Positions 1 to 12,543 of a DNA stretch of 64,000 nt are shown piece after piece. How positions within the stretch are numbered: position 1 is the stretch's first letter; the number at the start of each line of letters is the position of its first letter. The DNA comes from Azolla caroliniana. Taxonomy: Eukaryota > Plantae > Polypodiophyta. The stretch spans positions 4,154,001 to 4,218,000 of the forward strand of contig JBHGNT010000009.1 in assembly GCA_043228905.1 (NCBI GenBank). The letters run 5' to 3'. The notes under the pieces are model-generated. The model was given only the letters and a program-made list of their open reading frames with translations. It was not told the DNA's origin and ran no database searches. The translations under genes and the position numbers were made by a program.

Positions 1-324
1 TCTAGAGAGGCAGATACATACATACATACATAAAGATATTGAGAAAGAAGGATACGCAACACAAACTTAGATCTGTGCATGCTAAAAGAGTAGAATCTGC
101 CATGATAATAATAGGTGAGAACCTTTCCTTGGTAAACCACATATGATATGCATCTCCTCCATGAATTCGTCGCTGAGATCAGGTTCATCCATCACATATA
201 ATGTACTCTCACGAATATCATCCAGATATCAGTCGCACATGACCAGAAACTCTTGCTGCAATGCTCAGAAATATCTTCAAGAGATGAATAAGAGAGACAA
301 TATTCAGATTTAACTGCTGAAAAT

Positions 325-536
325 TTGATCAATGGTTTAAATTTAAATCATTCATCAATGCTTCAGAATCAAACCATGACTATGTTAGTATTTTTCATAG
401 ATCCTTAAGCTAATGTCTTTAATTGATTCTTGATCAATGGTTTAAATTTAAATCATTCATCAATGCTTCAGAATCAAACCATGACTATATTAGTATTTTT
501 CATAGATCCTTAAGCTAATGTCTTTAATTGATTCTT
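325..536. repeat. ~105 bp tandem duplication (2 copies)
   Basis: tgatcaatggtttaaatttaaatc...aattgattct starts at 326 and again at 431; one visible mismatch (gactatgtt/gactatatt). Confidence 0.9.
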
Positions 537-1411
537 CACAATCAAACTGTGAGTTATGCTAATATCTTTAACCAATCCTACATAATCAGATCACTGGTTA
601 AGTTAATATCTTTAAATAATCCCTTCACGATGAAATCTTGAGCTAACCTAATACTTTCAAGTTTCAACAATCATTCACAACCAAACCACAGGTCTAACTA
701 ATGTGATTTCATTTCCTCCCTGACGCCTTACTAAGATCAGTCTCCTCCCACTTTTGACTCAATATGATAATTCTCGGACAAAACTCCACTACCATATATC
801 TTTCTTTTTCTTTCATTTGTTCACAAGTTCAAGCAGCATATCTCTTATTTACAACCAAAATCAAATTGTGTACAGCTTCTAAAGATCAGACTAATCCACG
901 GTACAAATGCATCTCCTTTCACTTTGATTCTCTCTCACCCAAAACCTTCTTGAAAAATGAGAAATATAATGTGATCTAAACATTGAAACTTCGAAATCAA
1001 TTGAAGGATAACAGTTGTTACCGTACATGAATAACTTCTCAAAATCAACCTATTCCAAGTGCAATCCATCATCTTCTGCTAACATTCACATCCTAACCGT
1101 CTTAATAATGAGAGGGGACAAAATATAGATTCCAAAACATGTAGCAATCAAAATCAACCAAACAAACAGATATCTCTTTTGCCATAGAAAACTTGTGAAT
1201 CATTCAAAAATGATAAATTACCACACGAATCTCATTGAAAAAACGTAGCGAAAACTAGATTAATACATGAGAGATGCATCTCATCGACCTGCAATGTCAA
1301 CTTCTCAAAATAAGAATCAACGCAAGCAAAAAATGAAACCTTTAGAATCGAACAGCAGATCAACTCTACAAAAGAGAGCTAACCTCATGAACTCCATAAA
1401 AGAGACCTCAC

Positions 1412-1565
1412 CGAATGCGGGGATGGTAGTAACGGACTTTCCGAGCTCAAGCTTAGGGAGAATGGTTGTCTTTGCAGCGGCGTCGAGGCCGGCCATAAAA
1501 GGACTCTCATCTTCTTCTTCGCGAGCAGTCAGTCTCTGGAAGAATTTTGAAAAGGTAAGTCCCAT
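1412..1565 (-). pseudogene. Degenerate ADP-ribosylation factor (ARF1-class GTPase) first coding exon, apparently orphan
   Basis: MGLTFSKFFQRL...MAGLDAAAKTTILPKLELGKSVTTIPAFG resembles ARF1 [50 protein letters not shown]; ends at a G|GTGAG donor at the usual plant ARF intron position; P-loop G->A change, compensating frameshifts; no FNVETVEYKN exon found downstream in the window. Confidence 0.8.
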
Positions 1566-1704
1566 GGCTACGGCTTCTGGATCCTCTCCTCGTACTATAG
1601 CATGTTATGATGCGTAAGAATGGTGAAACCGAGAAAGCATACACTTGGCCGCCCGTTTCACCCAAACACACATACATACTACACCTTATATGTATGTATG
1701 CCTG

Positions 1705-1712
1705 CGTGTGTT

Positions 1713-1787
<75 letters not shown>
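1705..1787. repeat. (GT)n microsatellite
   Basis: long GT run seen directly. Confidence 0.95.
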
Positions 1788-1789
<2 letters not shown>

Positions 1790-1959
1790 ATACAGATATA
1801 TAAATTTATACATATTTAAGTTATAGTCCCATAAGAGGTCCAACAAAACATCTCTTGTACTTCCCATTGTCGTATCGATCTAATAATAATAATAAAGGGT
1901 TCCTCGTCACACAAAAACATAAGCAAGCCTTTGATTAATTAATAATGCATTGAATGAAC

Positions 1960-2170
1960 TATCGGTAGCTTAGTTCCGCTACAATATCTAAAACTTATTT
2001 GAAATCTACATTGTAATATGTGGTAGTTTACGTACCTTAGCTCCTCTCCCATATCTAAATCTTATTTAATTCTACATTACAATATGTGGTAGCTTAGGTA
2101 TCTCAGTTTCTCTCACATATCTACAGCTTATTCAAATTAACATTATAATATGTGGTGGCTTACGTTACCT
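1960..2170. repeat. ~67 bp degenerate tandem repeat, about 3 copies
   Basis: atatcta..cttatt..a..ctacatt..aatatgtggtag.tta.gta recurs at ~1985, ~2052, ~2118. Confidence 0.75.
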
Positions 2171-5100
2171 AATGATCTTTGAACCAACATTCTATGTTTT
2201 GTGCACCTCTATTAATATGGTTTGGGGGGAGGGGGGGAGGGGTCAATGAACTTGATTCAACACTTATCCCTTTTAAGCAATGCACAGTAAACAAGTGGTT
2301 GCTCGAATTATTGTTTTTTTAAGCATTCCTTGATAGGTTGGTTGCTCACTTTATGGAAAACATTGACGATTTGAAGTAAGCATTGACATTATGTGAGAAG
2401 ACAGACCATCGCATTGTCCAGATAGTGTAACATAATCAAATGTTTCCATATAGTTGATCTTAACAGTCTATTATTTCATGACCTTGGATATCAAATAGTA
2501 TAAATTATCCTGTTGGTTAAGGTTACACATCTTTTTTGAAGACTCATGGGTTCAAATCTCGATTACAAGTTTGGCGTTTTGATATATGTTCATAATAGTG
2601 TAAATATTGCCGCTATTAATGTGAAGTTTAGTGGCTATCTATTAAAGTGCTTTTCCTTCCAAGCATGATTTGGCTAATGTGGTGTAGATGATAGACGACA
2701 CATTACTAGCTAAATAAAATACAATTATTATTTTTAGTAACACTTTTATTACTAGTGAGAAACCTCAAAGTGAGGTGAAAAGTCACAAAGAATAAAGAAA
2801 AATATACAAGTGTCAATTAGACACTAAAGAGCTTAAATGCACTCAAAGAAAAGATTGTAAATTTGCAGTGTGATGTCTCTAAGTTGCAGACAATCAAATA
2901 TGTTAGCTTCTTTAAGCAATCCCTCAGGCAAGCTAAATAAAATACAATGTGAAAGTGTTGCCTTACTACTTCACAAAAGAGCTTTAATGCAATATCTTGC
3001 TACAACCTCACATACATCGCCCAACACACTACACAATAAGTAATCAAAGTACACCAACATAGTTGGAATCAAAGAAATGTTCATTATTATGAATGTGAAA
3101 AAATATTCATAAGAATTTAAAAAGCAAGTCAATTTCAAATGGATGACGCAAAGATTATTAGTGAAGACGATGATTGACATAAATGTGCATCAAACAAGAG
3201 AGGGATACATATTCGGATTCCTATGACTGAAGATTTATCTTAAAACATTATATATAATATATAAAGATTTACCTTAAAAACTATCACTTTGATGAGTATA
3301 ACATGTTGTGCATTTTTGGAAATATATACATACATCCACAAGAAAAATACGTTACTTTTATGCAAAACTTTTTGTTTCTTCATCAAGCTAATCAATACAA
3401 ATACAAAACATGTCAATAAGGGGGACTATAATGTGGACCTAATTGGGGCATTATTTGTGGGGTTCTTATGACCACTAAGTATCTTGACATCATGTAATAT
3501 GTAGAAGGACGAAATAAAGAAGTATAGCTAATCATTATGAAATGTGAGGGCAACAACAACATTGTTTATTTGAATGTAGCTCCTTTGATATTTTCAATGT
3601 TTGTGTAGTTGAAGTGGGTCGCTAAATTGGATTTGGGTGTCCAATTGTTGTAGTAGGAGTAGGAGTAGGAGTAGCACATCCATGTAATTACTAATGAATC
3701 ATTTGTAAATAGCATGATAAAGAGAACCTACAAGTATCTCCAAATTAAAGTTTCAAGATGGATCCACAGAGCATCCTATGTTTGCCTATATGATATAAAT
3801 CTATTGCGTAGCAATAGGATGATCAAGTTGGCTTATAATCAAAATTGCGATCTTGGGCACTTAGGAATGATGATCAAGGAGTGCCAAAATTTTATGAAAC
3901 CTACTTTTTCACCTTATCGCCTAGTGTTCCAAACCTAATATTAATCATGTGTGCATTTCATTATTTATATTTCCATCTATGTCTCTATCACCTTTGTCCT
4001 TCTTTGCAATTGTTGTTAATAAGTACAATGTTTTCGAGTAGTTGTACTCAAATGCCTCAATTTTAGCGCTCTATAAAAGTCATGTATATGGGGTTCTTTG
4101 TACGAGTAAGAAGTTATCTCATTAACAATGGGCACTTTTAGAATGGTGTCATTATCTTCTCAATTGAATATGACACGTGACACAAGAAGGATAAATATCT
4201 CTTGTCGATGAAACGTGAGTGCTTTATAACAATTTAAAAGACATCAAATGCGTATGTATAGGTAAGCTAGTCTCAAATTTTAGAATTTCCATGAATAATT
4301 ACTTCCTTACTTTGTCATACATCTGGTGCAAACAAATTTGGTCATATATGGCATTCCTTATGTGTATTAGTTTTTCCCACAGTGAATATGGAAACTAAAT
4401 ATCCTATTTTTACATAATAAACTTGTAAGATTGCTTATGTTCACTCCTCAATTGAAAGCCAAGATGGTTACGCAATCAACTTCTTATAAATAGATAAAAC
4501 AAAGAGTTAGTTGGCTACCAGTAAAAGTTTGTTCCAAGAGAGATGAATTCGTCGCATGATCAAAGATACGGCCTATTATCTTCGGCCCAACAAATACATA
4601 TCTCTATACTCATTGCCTTTTTCATTGTTTAGTCACTCAAGAACTTTTTAATAGTCAAACACATTCGTCTTTTCCCAACGGGAACTAGGGATGGCGCACG
4701 TGGTTAATCCCAATCGAATAAAAGCTACTAACGTTACTCGCTAAAAGTCAAGTATTATTGATTAGGACGTTTTTTTTCGTACACGCATGATGAGAAGGTT
4801 TTGGTAGCTTTTAGCTCATGTTGCAAAAACTAGTAAACTCGTGACAATACGCGAGCATCAAGAAATACCCGTAGTCCGAACCTTGTCTCAACCTAAGTCA
4901 TGTCTCCTAGTGAGGAGGATTCATATCAAATATATTGCATCACCATATACATATTTAGCTACTTGTGTTTCAATACAAGCACTTAAAAGTCACCAAAGAA
5001 GCTTACATGTAGAATAGACTTCTCCTCATAAAAAAGGGCTAGAGAGAGAGAGAGAGAAGCTTACATGTGGAATAGACTTCTCCTCAAGGAGGAGGTTTTG

Positions 5101-6120
5101 AGTATCAAGAAGATCCTTATGTCCTAGAGAAATAAGGCAAAGCAAAGAAACCATTGCCATAAGGACCACACAACACTATTTGATGCTAATATCACTGGGT
5201 CCACAGTTCTGACGAGGGTAGTAAACGATGGACAATATGACAGAAGGGTAGAGCTATCGATCGAACAACACCCGGAAATCAGGCTGCATCAATCAGGAAG
5301 ATTACAATTTGACAATATGAACCAAACAGGAATGTACTCAAAAGAAATCTATGTACTCCCAAATGGATTTTATAAATTGATTGCAATACCACGACGAGAT
5401 CACCACACAAAATTGAATTTAGAGATGATCAGTTAATCGACTGATCGCATAGACATAAACAATAACAAATGCATGTGTACAAATAGCTCCAAAAAATAAA
5501 AAGTGCACATATTAACATAAACACACAGCAGTGCTAATCCAATCAAAACTTTTAAACTAGAATCGAAGCGCATGTACCTTAATTCGTTTGCATCTGACAC
5601 AGACATAAATTGACACACAGAATCTGACAATGCAACATCATTTGACACCCTTTCTTAGAAGCATTGGCTATTGTTTTTTGCACTTCTTCTGGCTACATGA
5701 AGATTATTATCAGGTTTGCAACATGGATCTACATGCCGATAATCAGATTGGAAACAAATCAGCGACATTCTTCTTTAAGAATGCTAATCAAAAGGCACAT
5801 GTGCATATATACATATAGCATATTGGAAATAAGAGAATATGTTGTTTTTTTAATGTAAAAGGCAAAGAAATCCAGAGAGATGGCAGAGCTTCATTTATAC
5901 TCTTTTCTTTTCTTCTATGGATGTCTCTAATCAAAGGTACATAAGATTATGTCATTATAAAAAACAAGAAAACATGCCGATCATACAGCATCCTAAACAC
6001 AGCAGATAAAAGAGAGAATCGAGGTGATCAAAAGAAGCAGATGTAACCTCTTTGCTCTGATACAAAAGAGCAATGTCTTCTCTGCGTTCTCTAAAAGAAA
6101 GAGCGATCTATCTTTTGCTC

Positions 6121-6651
6121 TCAAGAGAGGTCCATGCTACTATCTGCTACTGCAGAAGTAGCAGCAGAAGGAGAAGAAGCAGAAGAAGCAAACTGAGCCA
6201 TATTCATAGCGCCAATGAAAGGAGATTCTTCCTGAGAAGAGAGTAAGCAACAATTTTTCTTCTTCTTTTGTATTTCATTGAATGCTGAAGAAGAATAATC
6301 ATTAGTGTTATTGTTATTATGATGATAAAAGTGTTGTTTTCTGCGTAAACCTTGTACTGCTTGTTGTTGCTGTAATGGAAAGATCTGGCGACTCGCTCTG
6401 CATATACTGCTATGGTTATCATAAACTATTCTTTGGTCACAATTTTTATCACATACATGTGTAGTTCCTGAAGATATACAAAGGTAAAGATTTCCCCACA
6501 CGTGCTCGATTACACAATTAAACCCACATCTATGGATTGATCTCTCTCCTAATGATGTTGATGAGGATGATAATGATGATGAAAGATGAACAACATTCAC
6601 ATCCTCCATGGCTGGTGTAGCTATGCCTTGTTTATTCTGGTTGAACGCCAT
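6121..6651 (-). CDS. Conserved plant Cys/His-rich small protein (UL92-like zinc-binding motif, similar to the C-terminal domain of F-box protein SKIP31), 176 aa, single coding exon
   Basis: HRCGFNCVIEHVWGNLYLCISSGTTHVCDKNCDQRIVYDNHSSICRASRQIFPL...QAVQGLRRK...SPF...MDLS matches a recalled conserved uncharacterised land-plant family; acceptor TGATGCAG| at ~7062; CT-rich leader and TATA at ~9250-9450. Confidence 0.8.
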   Translation of the reverse strand: MAFNQNKQGIATPAMEDVNVVHLSSSLSSSSTSLGERSIHRCGFNCVIEHVWGNLYLCISSGTTHVCDKNCDQRIVYDNHSSICRASRQIFPLQQQQAVQGLRRKQHFYHHNNNNTNDYSSSAFNEIQKKKKNCCLLSSQEESPFIGAMNMAQFASSASSPSAATSAVADSSMDLS

Positions 6652-9252
6652 AGCTCAAAAAGATTTAACGTGATAATTCCAACTAAAGGCAGAAATTGAT
6701 GTAGTTCCCAGTAACGTCACAGGAACTGTTGAAATTCTTTCTCAGACACTCGGAACATACAGAAGATCAGAACTGTAATATTTCTCAGAAGCTCTGAACT
6801 CTGATATAATTCTCTCAAGTTCGAACGTTCTATAAATAATTAACAGAAGTTTGATGCCAGGGTAACTCTCAGAATATTATTACAGTGAGTTGGGATAATT
6901 CTAAGAAATTCTGAACGGTTAATTGTGGTAATTCTTAGACATCAGAGCAGCAATAATCCTTGGAAGATCTGAATTGCAAAGGAGGCTTCAAACTGCCATG
7001 ATTTCTGATGAGTTTCTTCTCACTTTCTTAAGATAATTGAAATACCCAAGCTCCTTGATCCCTGCATCAGACCAACATTTCCAGAAGTTACATCCTTTAT
7101 GAGAACTACCGATATTGAACAGAATCTATACATAAGGAATGAGATATACGGCACATTTTTGCAATTCTAGACAGCAGAACAAGTTTTTTCACATGTTAGA
7201 TTTCTTATGATCTACAACGCAGTAAGTTCAACAGAAACATGCCACGTGATAGTATGATCTATATGACAGTGTTGAACAAAAAAGATATGTCTGGAAAATG
7301 TACGATAGACCATCATTTCTGCTACATTCAACTGCTGCTTATAACCATATCCAGGAACTATTACAATAATCTATAATCTACATATGACAGAACCTATTTC
7401 GAGACATTGTGTGTCAATGATGAGTATGTGGTGAATTAGATCGTTAAAATACACCAGCGATAGGAGACCAGAGAGAAGAAGAGAAACAGTGATCTATCAG
7501 GGATAAGAAATTGAATAAACGCCATGAATCTGTAACAAATTCTTTGGCGAATTTCTGGTTTAAACTTAGAAAAATGCCATAAAGATTTCACTTGCGAGGA
7601 GTTTATATCAGGGACGAATTTATGTACACATCAATAAAATACACGATGAATTCCTAATTCATAACGTCCAAAAATCAGCAGCAAAATGAATAAACAGTAA
7701 GGCGAAAAGAGAGAACCGTTTCCCCCTTTCACTTGAGCGTCTCCGCGATCTCCTTGCAGGAAGAGCATAAAAAAACATCTTCTGATTGAGAACTAATAAG
7801 AATCTCGGATGTACATAGCTTTCGGCGAGCATATCAGAAGAGGAGCCTGGGCTACAGTAACGGTGGAACTTTTCACTGGATTTTCCCCCAAACCGCCTCT
7901 CGCGGAGATTTGTAACAGAAAGTTAACAAACAATTATAAAAAAAAGAACGATCGCTTTACCACCACCGCAAAAGAAAACTTTCTTATCGATCCAATTTAC
8001 TCAGAAATACATCGAATTTAGGAAGAAAATGAAAGACTCATTTTCCCCTTTCTGTGGGCCGAACTGAAGATCAGACTGTAGATATGTACCCTCATAAAGG
8101 CTCTTCCCAAATAAAGGTTCTACAGAGACATATTCATCAAAGGAGACGGATTGCTACAGCAGAACCCGAGAAGACGAAGTCAAATCAAAACAAATTAATC
8201 ATTCTACACTATTTTCTCCCGTTTATGGCCTTAAATAAAATAATGAAATTTTCTCCTCTTTTTGCTATGATGACCAATGCTAACAAATGGGGCCAGAAAT
8301 TAGCTTTTCCTACTCCGTGTTTCCACTCTAATTTTCACTTCAACAGATTAATAGTATAGATCTGTATGTCCAAATATCCATCGATTAACTATAGAGGAAT
8401 TGGAAAGGAAGTTGTTAGTGAAAGAGTTTGTGATATGAACTGAATAATTAACTATAACTCCGGTTTAGAGAAAAGGCTATTTATTTTATCAATTTGTAGC
8501 TCAACTCCTACATCAAACTGTAAATTTTGACGGGAAAACGCTATAGTAGAACCAAAGAGGGAAACAAAACAAAGAATTTGTTTCTTGCACTAACTAATAT
8601 GGCCCAGTTTTTTACAACAAAAAACAAGAGTAGAACAGAAAGCACGAATGGTCCATAACCGGATCAAACGAAGGCTCTCGGGTCTACGTAGAGACCACAT
8701 ACGCAGGCAGGGATTCCAAAAGATAGCACATACGAAGAAGAAGAAGAAGAAGAAGAGACTACTTACGAATGCAGTCGCAAACGGCGAAAGAAAGGATTGG
8801 GAGAATGAGGGATATTATGATGATAGGAGCAAAAGAGAGAGAGAGAGAGATACAAACATACACGCTGATTTTCTTTATTCTGTGCGATCCCATATCGAGA
8901 TTCGACAAGAAACTGGACTGATACTGTATTTCAGTTATGGGAGGGTAGGGGACTAGGCAAATGCAATGGATTATAATATTCCATCACGCACAGAAAGAGA
9001 GATGGTGACATTTTCCTCTTTGGATTTAGGCAGGAAAGCGAAGGGATAATCCGCCGGGCGACATTACAGATGCTGAAGGCGCGGAAATGCCATACATATT
9101 AGAGAGTGGCCACACACTTCTAGCTCCTTGAAAGACTCGAAATAAATGAAGGGCGGAGCAAGGACGAACACAGAATAGACATTACAAAAAGAATGGAAGC
9201 AGAGAAAGGGAAACAGGAGAAAGGAAAAGGAGAATAGGTTGATTTAGTATAC

Positions 9253-9452
9253 CTGTGGGAGAGAGAGAGAGAGAGAGAGAGCAAGCGATGGCGGCGACAG
9301 ACGGACGGACGGACAGAGAGGGAAGCTTTCTTCACAGAAGGAGAAGAAGAAGAAGGAAGAAGGAAGAGAGCAGCAAGCGATGGCGGGCCGAGAGAGAGAG
9401 GGAGAGAGAGAGGGAGGGAGGGAGTAGGAAGAGGTCTGTTAATTATATAAAT
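9253..9452 (-). promoter_or_regulatory. Probable core promoter and first non-coding exon of the 6121-6651 gene
   Basis: TATATAA on the minus strand at ~9443-9449 followed by a CT-repeat-rich leader and a CAG|GTATAC donor at ~9252. Confidence 0.5.
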
Positions 9453-9806
9453 ACATCATTTATTTTGCCTTTTTTTTGCTTTTACTTTTACTTTTTCTTT
9501 TCTTTTCTTTTCTTTTTTCATTTTTATTTGTATTTTTATTTTTCTTCTCCTCTTTAGTTAAATTTTTGTGTTTATTTTGTTTTGGTTTTTTATTGATTTG
9601 TTTACCAAACCCCCCCCCCCCGCCCAAAACACACACACACACACACAGAAGTTAGGTTTCACACACAGATGAGAGATGTCCATGTTCACATTTGGTGGTG
9701 GACATCTGATATCCATGGGCCATACACTCCCCACGCGAACCTCTTTACCCAAGATAAAAATCGTGTCCTCCTTCGTATATCTCTCACTTCCACTTATGTA
9801 CATATT

Positions 9807-9807
<1 letters not shown>

Positions 9808-9868
<61 letters not shown>
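9808..9868. repeat. (TG)n microsatellite
   Basis: seen directly. Confidence 0.95.
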
Positions 9869-9872
<4 letters not shown>

Positions 9873-12543
9873 CATATAATATAATATATATACATATATG
9901 TGTATATGTATACATATATATGTATATGTTATGTACATACAATATCAGACCTCGGACTCACCCACCCCAAGTTTGTTTTGTGGAGCCATCCCTTCCCAAC
10001 TCTCTTAATCAAGCAAAAAAAAAGCTTGTCCATCCTCCGTAGTAATTCGGCAATACGATTGTTCCTTTGTATCTATCTCCATGTGGTCGCATCTTTCATT
10101 CACTACCATTGCATGCACGTGAACTCTCACAGCCCTCGCTTTGGACATTACTAAGAACCCCCGAGATTTATTCAAGGTACAACACTCTTCCATTCCACGC
10201 ACGCAACTACTACATTTCATTTTGGTCCCATCCCATAAGTCAAATTTGACCTTGGAGGACGACACAATAGAATATATTTAACCTCTCTCGCTCTCCAATT
10301 TTATAATAGAGAGGATGAAGTTCGCGTTAATCCTCGTGTATATTGTTTGGAAGTTTATGCTAAATTATCAATGTTGCGAATTAATATGTCATCATATTGT
10401 TTCCTTATAGATGAAAAGGGAGATATATGTATTGGTTAGATCATGATAACATATTATAAGTTATAACTCTCTTAGGGTTACCGCGCTCATAGGAAAATGA
10501 AAATAAGTCCATTCTAGTATCTATGTTGTTCCCACACATATAGTACTCACTTGAAAATGTCAAGGCACCTTCAATGTTGTCGCTTATGAAGACAATAAAA
10601 AGTTAATCTTGACCCTCGTATGAGGTGTTGTAATGATTGTACCCCCTTCATCGTTTTGTTTATATGGTTGCATGCCTTCTATCCCTTGGGCATACACTGT
10701 GGTGAACATTTTGTTTTTTATCAATGTCACTTTATTTTTAATGAATTTGAGTAGCTTATGGAATTTAATTTTATTAATGATCTAAACATTAACTTTAAAT
10801 ATGCATATTGATGAATTTATTAGAATAGGCATTACTACAAATGAATTAAGAATAATGGTAAACGTCGCATTGGTCGTGTGTGAAGTAATTAGATCGGAGA
10901 CTATAGTTTTTTTAATTCATTAACTTTAATTATGATTAACGTTAAATAACTAGAATAACAATCAACACTTACATTGGTGTGGTTAATATATTAATCAACA
11001 TAGATAAGAAAACAGATTGATCGAATTAACTTGACTGGCAATTAACGAAAAGAACTAACATTGATGATTAAGGGATCAATTCATGAGTGGATTATTTTGA
11101 GTGGATTAGATCATGCATTACTCAATTTAATTATAACCACAGTAAGTGCAAATTGGTTAAGCAAGTACTGTCATTACTATAAAATTAGTATTTCATGAAA
11201 GATAGTATGGCTACTATGACCTCATAAATTGCTAGTTTAAATAAGTAAACACCATGATGGAGATTTGACTAAGGGTATACGAAGAAGATAAGCAAACAAT
11301 GGGGGCAACTTTGACTAGGGGTATACGATGCTTTTAATAGAAAACACATAAGTAACCATGGACATCCAACAAAAAACAAAACATTTCCGTTGATTCACAT
11401 GTGTATTCCTTATACAAGCATGAACCGCAATACATATCATGAGAGACATAAATGTGCTTTCAATGTTCACGAGAAAAAGTATTATATGCATCAGAAGTAA
11501 ATGTCACATTAAGTTTTCGGCTTTAGACACTCGCTATTCATTAAAACATGCATTGTTGCATTGTACTACCATCACAATAAACAATGCAATATCCCTCGCC
11601 ACATATTAACATGCTTATTAATTTTTCACCATTCAATGTTTTTTGTAGTGCATTTGTAAAAACTTGCAAACCTTTCTTTGTCGATTCAAGAGTAACTATA
11701 CATTTAACAATCCGAACTATCATTACTGTGAATGGAAATCTCATGTTGACATTAGTATTGGGTGACACCAACCCAGCCAATATACATATGTATTCTTATT
11801 TGAGTAAATGCATTGCTCTCTTTGCCTTTACCATTTGTTGTTTGAATTGTGTCAATATCGATGCTATGTTAATGTATAAATGTGATCTCTTTATAGGTGT
11901 ATGTGTTATATAGGTTTGTCTCTGTCTTCCAAACACTAAATATTGTATCCAATAGTTTCTCATATGCTTAATAAGCATCTCTACATTAACATCATCGAAT
12001 AGATTTATGAATTGTTGTGCTTTGTCATTGATGTGAACGTATAAAATGCGCTATAGGCCCACATTTAAACTCCTTAGCTTGTTCGAAACCACTTATTTAT
12101 TTTGTGCTAATTAATTTGCTCTTGCCATTACAAGTACATTACATTTGGATCATATTCACGTGTGCACATTATCCACCTATATGAGTTATATATAGTTCGA
12201 ATTGATAATGCCATGTGAAGTATTTAGTATCATGTCATGCCAACATAAAAAATTTACACACCCTCATTGTACTTGATTTCTATGTGTTAGTTTTTAGCTC
12301 TTTATAAAAAAACCAATTGATTTTATACAAATATATAAAAAGGAAGCATAATATCATGGCCGAAAAGCATAGTTGTTAATGTGTATTCTACATTTAGAAT
12401 ACGATTTAGAATACTTCAAAAATTATAGTATACATCAAATTTTTAGAATACATAAAATACGTGAAAATATGAAAAATGGCAGTTCTAAAACGTAGAATAC
12501 GAGTAGAATACTTGAAGTATTCTAAAAAATTGACATATACTAT

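Noticed and set aside
123-192. Minus-strand mini-exon MDEPDLSDEFMEEMHIICGLPRK followed by GT
   Set aside because: No recognisable homology, not ARF exon 2, in-frame stop just upstream; cannot be supported without transcripts
1507-1867. ORFs with HTHT/CVCV repeats (also 9558-10042, 27452-28075, 40660-40872)
   Set aside because: Translations of microsatellites or low-complexity DNA
5238-5258. tgacagaagggtagagcta, resembling miR156/157
   Set aside because: Too many mismatches and no complementary hairpin arm seen
10000-12100. Possible genes among short AT-rich ORFs (also 29900-32700)
   Set aside because: No recognisable motifs or consistent exon chain; probably old TE debris
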